DNA of 64,000 nt from Truepera sp. GTDB lineage: Bacteria > Deinococcota > Deinococci > Deinococcales > Trueperaceae. The position numbers were made by a program, and so were the translations under genes. Below are positions 35,987 to 49,749 of the stretch, in pieces. The stretch's first letter is position 1. Each line of letters starts with the position of its first letter. The notes below the pieces were generated by a model. The model did no database searches. It was not told the DNA's origin and saw nothing but the letters and a program-made list of their open reading frames with translations. The stretch covers positions 2,048,001-2,112,000 of the forward strand of contig CBDCKW010000009.1 of NCBI GenBank assembly GCA_965218435.1. The letters run 5' to 3'.

Positions 35987-38236
35987 TCACTCCAAAAACC
36001 CCGATACGTCACGCGGGTCAATGTCAAGGCGGAGCCGTGCGGGGCCGTGATAGGCCAGGGCCGGGACGAGGCGTTCGGGGAGCGTCTCAGCGTCGGTACG
36101 GATAAAGAGCTGATACGAGTACCGGTTTTTAACGCGGGCGACGGGCGCGGCGCTCGGCCCGAGCAGTTCGTCGGGGGTTGCGCCCGCCGTTTTGAGTGCA
36201 CCCGCCAGCCAGGTCGCGGCGTTCTCGGCGGTGCGGGCGTCGCGGGCGCTGAGCTGCACTTTAGCGAGGGCCGCAAAAGGCGGATAGTTAAAACTCTGTC
36301 GGCGCTCGAGTAACCCCCGTACAAACGCCTCACCCGTCCCGTGCGTATACGCGTGCAGCAGCGGACTGTCCGGGACGAAGGTCTGAATGAGCGTCAAAGG
36401 ACGCTTACCGGGCGCGAGTTCACCCAGGTTCAGCAGTAACCGAAACGCCTCTTCTTCCGCGCGAAAGTTGCCCAGAGACAAAAACGCGTCGAGCAGCGTC
36501 ACGCCGATAAGCGATACGTTCGGGAGCGGCGGCAGCCTCAGACACGCCGTCGTAGCGACGAGTACACCCGGCGTACCATCTATCAGTTCGGCTAGGTCTT
36601 CGCGTTTGTCGCTGTCATAGCGTTTGACGAGCAGGTTCGGGACAACCCTCGAGACCTCAGCCGCGATCCACTGCGTTCCGGCGGCGCGGGTCGGACCGAG
36701 CGTCGGATTGTTGCAGTTTGGACAGAGGTCGGGGGCGCGGCCCTGATGCCCACACTGATGGCAACGTAAGAGGTAACGCTCGCGGTGGTAGCGCAGCGGC
36801 AGGTCGCAGTTCGGGCACATCAGCGTGTGTTCACACGCCGCGCAGCAAAGCGCCGCTGAAAACCCACGGCGGGGTGCGAGCAGGACTGCCTGACGGCCCC
36901 GCGCCTCAACTTGTTTAAGCACCCCGATCAGGTCATTGCTGAGCGGCCAGCCCCCCGCCCGGAGATCGACGAGGTGGGTGCGGGGGACCGCGGTGGGCAG
37001 CTCGAGCCGCGCCATCTCAGAGACCAACCCGAGCGTTTCGGGTGTGGCGAACGCGTCACTTAACACCAGCGGCACATGGGCTGCTTGCGCCAGAAAACGC
37101 GCAGCGGTTGGGACAAAGACGCGGCAACCGGCGCTCAGTTTGTAGGCGCTGCTGCCCTCCTCGAGCACCACCACCCGGCCTAGCTCCAGAGGGGCTAAAA
37201 GTGCCAGATAACTCCCAACCAGCACAAACGGCTCCGGCTCACGGCAGCGTTCCCAGAGCCGCTGCCGCTCTTTGTCGGAGGTGTCGCCCGACAACAGGTG
37301 AACCGGCACGTGCGCAGCTAAGAGCGAGGCCGCCTGCTGCACGAACGTCTGTTCAGGAGCCAAGACCAGCACACTTTTTCCGGCGGCGAGGTCAGCTTTG
37401 ATAAGCGGCAACGAGCTCAAAACCCGTTCTGCACGCGTGCTGCCCGAAACACTCAGAACCGGCTCGCTGACGGTAGTTGCAGACCAAATGTTTGCTACGC
37501 CGGGTTGAGCAGCTGGCAGCACCGGCGTCAGCACCACCGGCGGCGCTTCGATCTCGCGGTAGGCCGCGTACCCTTTTTTCACGAGCGCACGTACCGCTGT
37601 TTCGGGGACGGCAACGGCGCGGGCCAACGCTGCCGCACTTTCAGCCTGACCCAATCTAAAAAGGTGGGCGAGCGCCATACGCTGATTGGTGCGCGGCGCA
37701 CCGTCTAACGCCGCGTCCCCTTCGCGTACCGGGGTGAGCCGCTGCACCCGCGTCGGCGCGACCCGTACAGATTCGTCTAACAACCCTTGCTGACGGTAGA
37801 GCTCGAGCCTTTTAAGCGGCACCGTCCCGGCGTCTTGCCAGGTTTCAGAAACAGGTTCGGTTTTAACGACGCTGAGGGCGCGGACGCGGTGCTCGAGCGG
37901 CACACTCAGCCCCGTCGGCAAGAGGTTGGCGAGCACCGTTCCGGCGGGCGCACAGGTATACGCGGCCACCCGCAGCAGAACGTCTAGAGCACTCTCTTTT
38001 AAGAAAGGTTCAGTATCTAGTGCGCCGATAGCTTCACGAAGCTCGAGACCCGCCCCGCCCCGGAGCAGTTCAAAACCGACTAAAATCCCAATCCGTACCC
38101 CGCTCTGCCACGGCACCACGACGCGCACACCTACCTGCACCTCAGCGGCAGACAGCCGCAGCGCGTGAGGCGGCAAAAAGGTAAAGGGGGGGAGCGGCAG
38201 GGGCAACAGCACCCGCCACGCACTCGGAACGGTCAC
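35987..38236 (-). CDS. priA: Primosomal protein N' with degenerate helicase motifs
   Basis: VVVPW, RRGF, 8-Cys region CxxC..CPNC..CHQC..CPNC, YPPF; Walker A/DExH not intact. Confidence 0.9.
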   Translation of the reverse strand: MTVPSAWRVLLPLPLPPFTFLPPHALRLSAAEVQVGVRVVVPWQSGVRIGILVGFELLRGGAGLELREAIGALDTEPFLKESALDVLLRVAAYTCAPAGTVLANLLPTGLSVPLEHRVRALSVVKTEPVSETWQDAGTVPLKRLELYRQQGLLDESVRVAPTRVQRLTPVREGDAALDGAPRTNQRMALAHLFRLGQAESAAALARAVAVPETAVRALVKKGYAAYREIEAPPVVLTPVLPAAQPGVANIWSATTVSEPVLSVSGSTRAERVLSSLPLIKADLAAGKSVLVLAPEQTFVQQAASLLAAHVPVHLLSGDTSDKERQRLWERCREPEPFVLVGSYLALLAPLELGRVVVLEEGSSAYKLSAGCRVFVPTAARFLAQAAHVPLVLSDAFATPETLGLVSEMARLELPTAVPRTHLVDLRAGGWPLSNDLIGVLKQVEARGRQAVLLAPRRGFSAALCCAACEHTLMCPNCDLPLRYHRERYLLRCHQCGHQGRAPDLCPNCNNPTLGPTRAAGTQWIAAEVSRVVPNLLVKRYDSDKREDLAELIDGTPGVLVATTACLRLPPLPNVSLIGVTLLDAFLSLGNFRAEEEAFRLLLNLGELAPGKRPLTLIQTFVPDSPLLHAYTHGTGEAFVRGLLERRQSFNYPPFAALAKVQLSARDARTAENAATWLAGALKTAGATPDELLGPSAAPVARVKNRYSYQLFIRTDAETLPERLVPALAYHGPARLRLDIDPRDVSGFLE

Positions 38237-38311
38237 ACGCTTATTGTATCCCGGCGTTATATCCCGGCAGTTTGTCCCAGCCTTGGCACGCGGCGCGGTA
38301 AGATGCGCGTT

Positions 38312-39352
38312 ATGAAACCCCCTGCAACTTCAAACTCGGTGCCAACCTCAGATTCGGCTTACCGCGCCGCCGGGGTTGATTTAGCCGCGAGTGGCGATAC
38401 GATGGCGCGGGTTAAGGCGGCGGTGACTGCAACCTATACACCGGCGGTGCTCGCCGGGATGGGCGCGTTCGGCGGCCTTTTCGACGTAGGCGCACTTAAA
38501 AACATGGACGCGCCCGTTCTCGCCTCGTCAACCGACGGGGTGGGGACGAAGACAAAGGTGGCCGCTGCATTAGGGCGCTACGACACGCTCGGACAAGATT
38601 TGGTCAACCACTGCGTCAACGACCTTTTGGTGCAGGGTGCGCAGCCGCTTTTTTTTCTCGATTATGTAGCGTCGGGAAGGCTCGAGCCCACCCTCACCGC
38701 CGCCCTGATTGAGAACGTCGCGGCAGGCTGCCGGGCGCACAGCATTCCGCTTTTGGGCGGCGAAACTGCTGAAATGCCGGGGGTTTACGTTGCAGGAGAG
38801 TTCGACCTTGTAGGAACGCTCGTCGGCGTCGTTGAACGTTCACGACTCGTCACCGGTGAGCAGGTCAGAGCAGGAGATGTGATTTTAGGTTTGGCGTCGG
38901 GCGGACTACAGACGAACGGTTTCTCGCTGGCACGACATATTTTAGACGGCAGCTACGACGAGCCCCTCGGAGACGCGACCGTAGGCGACGCGCTCTTAGC
39001 CCCGCACCGGAGTTTTTTAGGGGCGCTGACGCCGCTTTTAGACGCTGGTTTAGTTCGGGGGATGGCGCACATTACCGGCGGCGGTCTGCCGGGGAACCTA
39101 CCCCGTAGCCTGCCGGAAGGTTTGGGCGCACTTATCACGCCTGAATGGAACGTACCGGAGATTTTTACGTTGATTAAAGAGCGTGGCAACGTCAGCCGGG
39201 ATGAGATGTACAGCGTTTTTAATATGGGCGTCGGCTTCGTCTTGATCGTGTCACCGGAAAACTTAGCGTCGGCGCACGCACTGTTGCCTGAAGCCTTTGA
39301 AATTGGGCAAGTTGTTCAAGGTGACGAGGTAAAGCTAGTCGGGTCGGTCTGA
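38312..39352 (+). CDS. purM: Phosphoribosylformylglycinamidine cyclo-ligase
   Basis: TDGVGTK, FFLDY, GGETAEMP, HITGGG, FNMG. Confidence 0.96.
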   Translation: MKPPATSNSVPTSDSAYRAAGVDLAASGDTMARVKAAVTATYTPAVLAGMGAFGGLFDVGALKNMDAPVLASSTDGVGTKTKVAAALGRYDTLGQDLVNHCVNDLLVQGAQPLFFLDYVASGRLEPTLTAALIENVAAGCRAHSIPLLGGETAEMPGVYVAGEFDLVGTLVGVVERSRLVTGEQVRAGDVILGLASGGLQTNGFSLARHILDGSYDEPLGDATVGDALLAPHRSFLGALTPLLDAGLVRGMAHITGGGLPGNLPRSLPEGLGALITPEWNVPEIFTLIKERGNVSRDEMYSVFNMGVGFVLIVSPENLASAHALLPEAFEIGQVVQGDEVKLVGSV

Positions 39353-40909
39353 ATTATCCGACTCCAAAACCGGTAGCAGCACCGTAAAAACCGTGCCTTC
39401 ACCGACTTTGGACTCAACTGAAACCGTGCCGCCATGTTGTTCGACGATCCATTTGACGATGGCCAGCCCCAGCCCTGAACCGTTGCCGCGTGTGCTCCGC
39501 GCGCCGTCTACCCGGTAAAAACGCTCGAACAAGTTGGGCAACGCCGACTCGGGGATACCGGGGCCGTTGTCTAAAACCTCGAGCCGTGCCCAGTCTCCCT
39601 CTTTTAAGAGCGACACGCTGACCCTGCTCGAGCCTGCGTTCAGCGCGTTTTGCACGAGGTTAAGAACAACCTGTTTAAGCCGCGCCGCGTCACCCGAGAC
39701 TTCCAACAGCGGTACCGGCGAAAAAGCTTCGATGGTGGCCCCGCGCGCAACCGGCGCGAGTTCTTTGGAGACCGCCTCGATGGTTTCAACCAGGTTCATC
39801 GGTTCACGTTTGACCGTCAATCCGGCGTCGGCGCGGGCCAACTCTAAGAGGTCGTTGACGAGTTTGCTCATCCTAAGCGCCTCGCTCTGAATAATCTCTA
39901 ACGGCTCGACCTGCTCAGAAGTCGGGTGCGTCCGGCGCAGCAGGTAGCTCGCGTGCCCGGAAATCGCGGTGACCGGCGTCCGCAGTTCGTGTGACGCGTC
40001 GGCCGTAAAACGCCGCTGCGTCTCCAAAGTTTCTTGCAAACGGTCAAGCATCCGGTTGAGCGTCACCGAGAGTTCGCCCACCTCATCGCGGCTTTTAGGG
40101 ACCGGTACCCGCTGCGAGAGGTCTTGTGAGCTGATCCTCGAGGCCGCCTTGGTCATCCGTTTCAGCGGCGTCAGCGCCCGCTGCGCCAAGAGCCAAACCC
40201 CAAAGGGAAAGACGATCAGCGCGACTAAAATGGTTTGAATCAGGTTGGTACGAAGTTGCGTTAAGGTGTCGCTGCGTACCGGCATCGCCACAGCAATCAG
40301 CGTCGGCGCGTCCGTGATACCAATCACGTTATCGAACGAAGGTAAACCTGCAGTTGACAGACTAAAAATCACGCGTCTTGCCCTGACAACCCAAAGCATC
40401 CCGTCTTCATTAGTAATACTGGTCTGCAAACGGCCGGTTCGCCTTAGTTCGGCAAAGCGGTCTTCGCCGAGAAAATCAATCATCCCTGCACCCGTTTGAT
40501 TACCAATAACCGTCGGCAATCTTGGGACGCGCTCGAACCCGACAAACGGCTTAGGCGGCAGCGGCACACTAGGATCGTTTAGATAAACATTGACATAGAG
40601 CAGCGTGTCACTCGTCAGGTTCTGAACCCAGTTATTACGGCTCGAAGAGGGTGTCCAAGGATTTTGCTCAATCGCTTCTAGAACATCGGCGTAGGCTTGA
40701 TTTGTCTGCGCCTCAACGTTATCGATCAGCGAGCGCCGCGTCAGACTATAGACAAGGACGCCGACAAAAATGAGCACCAAGACTAAAAAGCTAGCAAAGA
40801 AGAGGGTCAGGCGGAGCTGCAAAGACAGCCCCGCTGGGAAACCCGCTCGAGCCTCTCTCTGCGTCACCATGCGCTGATTTGTACGTTCTATTGCCACACG
40901 ACCACCCAC
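39335..40909 (-). CDS. HAMP sensor histidine kinase
   Basis: Two TM helices, HAMP, ASHELRTP, DNGPGI, GSGLGL; start uncertain. Confidence 0.92.
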   Translation of the reverse strand: MGGRVAIERTNQRMVTQREARAGFPAGLSLQLRLTLFFASFLVLVLIFVGVLVYSLTRRSLIDNVEAQTNQAYADVLEAIEQNPWTPSSSRNNWVQNLTSDTLLYVNVYLNDPSVPLPPKPFVGFERVPRLPTVIGNQTGAGMIDFLGEDRFAELRRTGRLQTSITNEDGMLWVVRARRVIFSLSTAGLPSFDNVIGITDAPTLIAVAMPVRSDTLTQLRTNLIQTILVALIVFPFGVWLLAQRALTPLKRMTKAASRISSQDLSQRVPVPKSRDEVGELSVTLNRMLDRLQETLETQRRFTADASHELRTPVTAISGHASYLLRRTHPTSEQVEPLEIIQSEALRMSKLVNDLLELARADAGLTVKREPMNLVETIEAVSKELAPVARGATIEAFSPVPLLEVSGDAARLKQVVLNLVQNALNAGSSRVSVSLLKEGDWARLEVLDNGPGIPESALPNLFERFYRVDGARSTRGNGSGLGLAIVKWIVEQHGGTVSVESKVGEGTVFTVLLPVLESDNSDRPD

Positions 40910-41054
40910 AGCGTTTACCGATCAAGGCCCTTTGCCCGCGTCAACCCAATTTAACCCCTCGTACGGGTGAAAAGCGTGACCTAATAAATGTGAGTTTATA
41001 CATGCAAAGCTGTATGTTAAACCTTACAGGTTAGATATTAGGTGTAAGCAAGAC

Positions 41055-41732
41055 CTATTCTTCGCGCAACACGTAACCGACGCCGCGCACGGTGTGAATC
41101 AGGCGGCGTTCGCCTTCGCCCTCGAGTTTACGCCGCAAATAGCCGACGTATACGTCTACGACGTTCGAGCCGCCGGTATATTCGGGCCAGACTTTTTCTT
41201 CGATTTCAAAACGGTTAAAGACCTTGCCGGGGCTCCGGGCAAAGAGTTCTAAGAGTTCAAACTCTTTAGCGGAGAGTTCAATCCGCCGCCCATCCCGAAA
41301 AACCTCGCGCCCGTCTAAGTTCATAACCAAATCAGCGACGCGTACCTCGCCGGTCACGGCTGGGTTCACCCGCCGCAGGTGTGCCCGCACGCGGGCTAAC
41401 AGTTCTTCAATCGAAAACGGCTTGACGAGGTAGTCGTCCGCACCCGAGTCGAGGCCCTGCACCTTGTCGTCTACGGAATCTTTCGCCGTCAAGATGATGA
41501 TCGGCGTGTTCGAGGTCTTGCGGATACGCCGCGCCACCTCGAGTCCGTCTAGTACGGGCAGCATCAGGTCGAGCACCACCAAGTCGGGGTTGAGTTCACG
41601 GAACTTTGATAAACCAGTCACGCCGTCATAGGTTACGACCGTTTCGTACGATTCGGCCTGCAGCTCCAAGTCAATAAATTTAGCGATCTCTTTTTCGTCC
41701 TCGATAATGAGAATCAAAGGTTTTCTGTCCAT
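41055..41732 (-). CDS. OmpR-family response regulator
   Basis: [27 protein letters not shown]. Confidence 0.95.
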   Translation of the reverse strand: MDRKPLILIIEDEKEIAKFIDLELQAESYETVVTYDGVTGLSKFRELNPDLVVLDLMLPVLDGLEVARRIRKTSNTPIIILTAKDSVDDKVQGLDSGADDYLVKPFSIEELLARVRAHLRRVNPAVTGEVRVADLVMNLDGREVFRDGRRIELSAKEFELLELFARSPGKVFNRFEIEEKVWPEYTGGSNVVDVYVGYLRRKLEGEGERRLIHTVRGVGYVLREE

Positions 41733-41817
41733 AAACCGATTATGAGACGCACAATTATGAGAGTCTTACCGACAAGATGAGAATAAGCCGCGTAAATTTC
41801 TCACACCGTTTTCAGGT

Positions 41818-42309
41818 TTACGGCAGTAAGACTGTTTCTTGCACGATAATCTCATCTTGCAAGATGCGCTCCGCCCACGCCTTCGCACCGGGCAAAGAGT
41901 GGTCGCGGAAGTTGCCGCACCGCTCTGCGCTGCACCCCGGAATCTCACCTTCGTGGCCTTGGACGGCCTCGAGCGACACCTTAAGCGCCTCAGCAACAGC
42001 CTTCTCACCCGGTTCACCAAATACCGTCAGATAAAACCCGGTGCGACACCCCATCGGGCTCGCGTCAATCAAATTACCGAGCGACCCCCGCAGATAACCG
42101 GCTAACAGGTGCTCGATAGTATGCAGCGGCGCAGTCGGAATCTCGGCTTGATTGGGTTGGACGAGGCGCAGGTCAAACTTGCTCACCACGTCGCCACTCG
42201 GCCCGGTGTAGTGTCCGGCGAGGCGGACGTAAGGGGCGCGGACGCGGGTGTGGTCGAGGTCAAACGAGGCGACTTTTTTGGCTTCGGGTTTAGCGTTAGG
42301 TGTGCTCAT
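41818..42309 (-). CDS. luxS: S-ribosylhomocysteine lyase
   Basis: SFDLDH, HTIEH, SPMGCRTGFY, CGN. Confidence 0.96.
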   Translation of the reverse strand: MSTPNAKPEAKKVASFDLDHTRVRAPYVRLAGHYTGPSGDVVSKFDLRLVQPNQAEIPTAPLHTIEHLLAGYLRGSLGNLIDASPMGCRTGFYLTVFGEPGEKAVAEALKVSLEAVQGHEGEIPGCSAERCGNFRDHSLPGAKAWAERILQDEIIVQETVLLP

Positions 42310-42372
42310 AAAGTCCAGCCTACTCCGTTTAAGCAGCCTTTGAAAGTCAGCCCTGAACGCAGTTTTTAGGCA

Positions 42373-43230
42373 TCAGGCCCGCGCCGCGCGTATGACCTCG
42401 GTAAGGGTGGTAGCGGGACGGCCCAGCAACCGCGCCAGGTCCTCGCTGTTGGTCTCGAGGTCGCCGTGGGCGATCGAGGCGTCGAGGGCGGCCACGAAGT
42501 GAGCGGTCGCCTCGTCGAGACCCGCTTGCTGGAGCGAGGAGACGTACGCGTCAGCCGGCAGGTCGCGGTAAGTCAGCGGCTTACCGGTGACCTCGCTAAC
42601 GACCTGGGCGAGCTCGGACAAGCTGAAGGCCGGGCCGCCGAGCTCGAAGGGCCGGTTCCCCGCCTCATCCTGGAGCAGCGCGGCTGCAGCTGCGGCGGCG
42701 TAGTCCTTGCGGGTCGCCGCTGCGATCTTGCCGGTCCCGGCGGCACCGAGGATCTCGCCGCGCTCGAGATACTGGCCGATCTGGTCGGTGTAGTTTTCTG
42801 TGTACCAGCCGTTGCGCAGCACCGTAAACGGCACACCCGCTTCACGCAGCGCCCGCTCGGTGTCCTGGTGCTCGCCTGCCAGCGGGTTGGTCGTGTTATC
42901 GGCGTTCAGCATGCTCGTGTACACGATCCGCGAGACACCCACCGTCTTCGCGGCTTTGATGACGTTGGTGTGCTGGGCAACCCGCTGGCCCGGCTCGCTG
43001 CTCGAGACCAGCAACAGCCGGTCTACACCGGCCAGCGCCGCGCCCAGGGTCTCCGGACGGGCGTAGTCTCCCTCGCGCACCTGCACGCCGCGCTCGGCGA
43101 GGCTGGTAACTTTCGCTCGGGTGCGTACGACAGCGACGACGTCGGAAGCGGGCACACCGAGGGCCAGCAGCTCCTGAACGGCAAGGTGCCCGAGATGACC
43201 TGAGGCTCCGGTAATGGCGTAGATGGACAT
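42373..43230 (-). CDS. NAD(P)H:quinone oxidoreductase-like atypical SDR (YtfG/QOR2-like)
   Basis: ITGASGHLG, LLLVSS, LRNGWYTEN, LLGRP. Confidence 0.88.
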   Translation of the reverse strand: MSIYAITGASGHLGHLAVQELLALGVPASDVVAVVRTRAKVTSLAERGVQVREGDYARPETLGAALAGVDRLLLVSSSEPGQRVAQHTNVIKAAKTVGVSRIVYTSMLNADNTTNPLAGEHQDTERALREAGVPFTVLRNGWYTENYTDQIGQYLERGEILGAAGTGKIAAATRKDYAAAAAAALLQDEAGNRPFELGGPAFSLSELAQVVSEVTGKPLTYRDLPADAYVSSLQQAGLDEATAHFVAALDASIAHGDLETNSEDLARLLGRPATTLTEVIRAARA

Positions 43231-43349
43231 ACGATTCCTCCTAAAGGTGGCTGTCTGATCGGTCGTAATTACGGGTTAGAACAAATGTTTTTGGTTGTTC
43301 CCTTATAGGTTGGCGGGACGCGTACCACGGGCCTACGGCGGCAGTTCGG

Positions 43350-44198
43350 TCAGGAGAACGCCGCAGCGTAGTCGGTGGCGAACTGTGTGTAGGAGTGCGC
43401 CGCCCGGCCAAGCAGCGTCGGCAGGTCCTGAGAGAGCCACTCCGCGTCGCCCTCGGCGAAGAGGCTCAGCGCCAGAGCGTTCATGGCGGCCACCGGCTGC
43501 GGGAGACCGGCGCGGATCATCTCGGCCTCATCCTCCTCGCGGCTGCGCGGGTAGAAGGTGACCGTTCGGCTGAGCAGCTGTGACAGCACCCCGGCGACGT
43601 CGGCGTAGGTGAGGAGTTCTGGTCCGCTGAGCCAGTACGTCTTACTCGCGTGGCCAGCCGGGTCGGCGACGATAGCGGCGGCCACCGCAGCGACGTCGCG
43701 CGCGTCAATCATGCCCACCCGACCGGCTCCAATCGAGGAAGCGAAACTGCTCGTCTGGGCGATGCTCGGTGCCAATATGAGGGTGTTCTGCATGAAGGCG
43801 TTGGACCGCAGCAGCGTGTGCAGCAGCCCCGAGGCGGCCAGGCCCTGCTCGATCTGCGCGTGCCAGCGCTGACGAGCGATCGGGGAATCCGGCGACGCCT
43901 TGCTCGTGAGCTTCACGATGTGCGCCACCCCCGCTCGGGCCGCGGCGTCGATGACGCCGAGTTCCTGCGCCGGCTCTCCACCGGGGCCGACGAGCAGGAC
44001 AGTCGTGACGCCGTCCATCGCCGCCTCGATGCTCTCCGGCGCGTCGAAGTCGCCTACAGCGAGTTCTACGCCCGCCTGCGCAAGGGCCTGGGCTTTGTGC
44101 CGGTCGCGCACCAGCGCCCGCACCTGTACCTCCTGCTGGCGCAGCACCCGCACCGCCTCGGAGCCTACTTTTCCCGTCGCTCCTGTTACTAAGATCAT
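43350..44198 (-). CDS. NmrA-like atypical SDR
   Basis: MILVTGATGKVG, AFMQN, IDARDVA; AGGAGG RBS. Confidence 0.88.
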   Translation of the reverse strand: MILVTGATGKVGSEAVRVLRQQEVQVRALVRDRHKAQALAQAGVELAVGDFDAPESIEAAMDGVTTVLLVGPGGEPAQELGVIDAAARAGVAHIVKLTSKASPDSPIARQRWHAQIEQGLAASGLLHTLLRSNAFMQNTLILAPSIAQTSSFASSIGAGRVGMIDARDVAAVAAAIVADPAGHASKTYWLSGPELLTYADVAGVLSQLLSRTVTFYPRSREEDEAEMIRAGLPQPVAAMNALALSLFAEGDAEWLSQDLPTLLGRAAHSYTQFATDYAAAFS

Positions 44199-44291
44199 CT
44201 CGAGCCTCCTCGTCTCTCTAACATAAAAAAATAAGTCGTTCATTCATTTGAGCGAATATATCACACTTCTCGGCCTGCTAGACTGATCCAC

Positions 44292-44951
44292 ATGACAACG
44301 CGTCCTCAGACCGACACCGACGCCCCAGCAGCTGTCGACGCGCGGCGGACCGGCGGCGAACGCACCCGGCGGCGGCTGATCGAAGCGGCGCAGGAACTCA
44401 TCGCCGAACGCGGCGAAAGCGCGATCCGCTTGCGCGACCTTACCGAGGTTGCGGGAACCAATCTGGCCGCCGTCCACTACCACTTCGGCGGCCTCGGCCC
44501 GCTCCTCGCTGTTGCAGCATCTGAGGCCGTGGAGCGTATCATCGAAACTCAGATCGCCGAACTCGAGTCGTTGCCACCCGACGCGACGCTCTACGAGATC
44601 GCCGCAGCTTACTTTCGTCCGATGGTCGACGCGCTCAGCGGGCCGTCCAGCAGAGGGCGTCCCTACGTGCGCGTGCTCGCCCGGGTGACCTCTGACCCGC
44701 CTGAAGGGCTCGAGGACTGGGCGGAGACCGTAACGGCTCGTGCGCATCACGCGCTCGTCGCTCGGTTACGACCGGTGCTTCCCGACGTGCCCGACGATGA
44801 TCTCTTGTTCCGTATTAAGTGTGTAGGCGGAATCCTCGTGGTGCTGAGCACGGCCGCTTTGGAGCCAGACCTGCAAGGCAAGTCGCCGGAGGCGGTGGAG
44901 CAAAAGCTCATCCCGGTAATCGCCGGTGCGCTAGCAGTCACCCCAAGGTAG
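44292..44951 (+). CDS. TetR-family regulator
   Basis: TRRRLIEAA, AGTNLAAVHYHFG; divergent from the SDR genes. Confidence 0.9.
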   Translation: MTTRPQTDTDAPAAVDARRTGGERTRRRLIEAAQELIAERGESAIRLRDLTEVAGTNLAAVHYHFGGLGPLLAVAASEAVERIIETQIAELESLPPDATLYEIAAAYFRPMVDALSGPSSRGRPYVRVLARVTSDPPEGLEDWAETVTARAHHALVARLRPVLPDVPDDDLLFRIKCVGGILVVLSTAALEPDLQGKSPEAVEQKLIPVIAGALAVTPR

Positions 44952-45549
44952 TGGCTCTTCCGGCATTTCGGTACGGTATCCGCGCCATCGACAGGGTGTC
45001 AGGTAAGCTGAGAGCAGCACCGCACAGGCTCGTTCACTGGGACAAGCGGCGGAACGTACTCTGGCTTTCCTCGGCAGCTCCGGATCAGCCTCACCTTTGT
45101 GCGCCCACGAGCCTGGACCCGTTACCCGTGAAGCGCAGCCGGAAATGCTAGGCCAGCCGACTCAGCCCAGCCGACGGCTTTTGAAACGCGGGCAAAAAGC
45201 GTGTGGGAACGCTAAGCAACCGGTACGGCGTTTCCTGCTCGAGGCCGAGCGGTTGCCGGAGGCAGAGACGCGCGTGCTCGGAGCTACGTAAGAAAGAGCG
45301 CCCTACCGGGCTCGAGCTTCCCTTCGCTTGTCTATGTAGGTGTCTATACGAGCAGCAGCTGTAAGCAAACGCGTCGCCGGTCAACTCAATAGCCATGACA
45401 CCCACAATATGTTAGCGTCAGCATGTCAGCGTTAGAGCCGGAAAAAGCCTTATACTTTCTTGTTTGTAAGTATATCTTTATCTTTATTTAGCAGTCGGGT
45501 ACACTAGCTGGGGTCGTCTAGTCTAGCGGTTATTTATTAGGAGTTTATC

Positions 45550-46065
45550 TTGCGTGTTGCGATCTTTATTGACGGCAGCAATCTCTATAACGGTATGCGT
45601 GACAACCTCTCTTCCACCCGTTTTAACCTTCAAGAACTCGTGGCGCAGCTGTTAGCTAAACGCCAGCTGGTCCGTACCTACTACTACAACGCGCCCCTGA
45701 CCGACGACTACGAGAGTGAGCTGCGCGAGGGGCAGCAGCGGTTTTTCGAGTCCTTACGGCGGATTCCCTACACGACCGTGCGGCTCGGGCGGCTCCACCG
45801 CCGTTTTGACGGCTCACTCGTTGAAAAAGGCATTGACGTAGCGATCGCGGTCGAGTCGCTCGCGCTCGCCTACGAAGACGCCTACGACACGGTGCTGCTC
45901 GTTTCGGGTGACGGCGACTATGTGCAGCTCGTCGAGGCGATTAAACGCCGGGGCAAACACGTCGAGTGCGCGATGTTTCGCAATCAGTCGGCGGGGGTGC
46001 TCTTAGAGTACGCCGACGTTTTTACGCCGTTAGATGAACTCAACTGGCAAAAAGTGCTGTTTTAG
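45550..46065 (+). CDS. NYN domain (LabA/DUF88) protein
   Basis: IFIDGSNLY, EKGIDV, LVSGDGDY. Confidence 0.9.
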   Translation: MRVAIFIDGSNLYNGMRDNLSSTRFNLQELVAQLLAKRQLVRTYYYNAPLTDDYESELREGQQRFFESLRRIPYTTVRLGRLHRRFDGSLVEKGIDVAIAVESLALAYEDAYDTVLLVSGDGDYVQLVEAIKRRGKHVECAMFRNQSAGVLLEYADVFTPLDELNWQKVLF

Positions 46066-46270
46066 GTTGGGCTTAACTTTCGAAGTCAGCACTAGGCGTC
46101 TTCAGAGTGGTCTATGGGAGAAGCCAGAATACAGCATTCAGAAGGTTGTGGCCTACAGAAGGGAATAGCGTCGTTTACACGCACACGCCTAAATCAGCCA
46201 AAGCGCAACCCTCAGTAGGACTCAAGTAATTAGACACAGGTTGAGACCCTAGTTTAAGGCTCGAACCCTC

Positions 46271-49404
<3,134 letters not shown>

Positions 49405-49749
49405 CTAGGCTCGAGGATACCCGAAATGTCTGAGAGCACGCAGCAAAACTTCAGCACTCAGATAGGGCAAACGTATTAGGGCTACATTCGTAAGCTAAAA
49501 ACTCTCTACGCTGGTATTTCAAGAATCGCATTCTAATAAAAACCGTAAAAGGGACAGATTCTGAAGCATTTTTGGAGGTTGGACTTAAGAAAACGTGGGT
49601 AGTGCGTTTGCCCTGAGCACTCAGACAGTCATCACCTCTAGTAGCTCGTCTTTTGGCTATGATACTGAGTAGTTGTACCTAGGTGCTGTAGACACACTGA
49701 CCCTAAAGCAGCCCCTAAACGCAGCATTTAAGATGAAATTGAGGCACTT

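Noticed and set aside
43278..43291. GAACAAATGTTT as a LexA (Cheo) box
   Set aside because: Mismatched, and not the expected damage motif for this lineage
42466..44750. Long antisense ORFs in the GC-rich islet
   Set aside because: Shadow frames of high-GC genes
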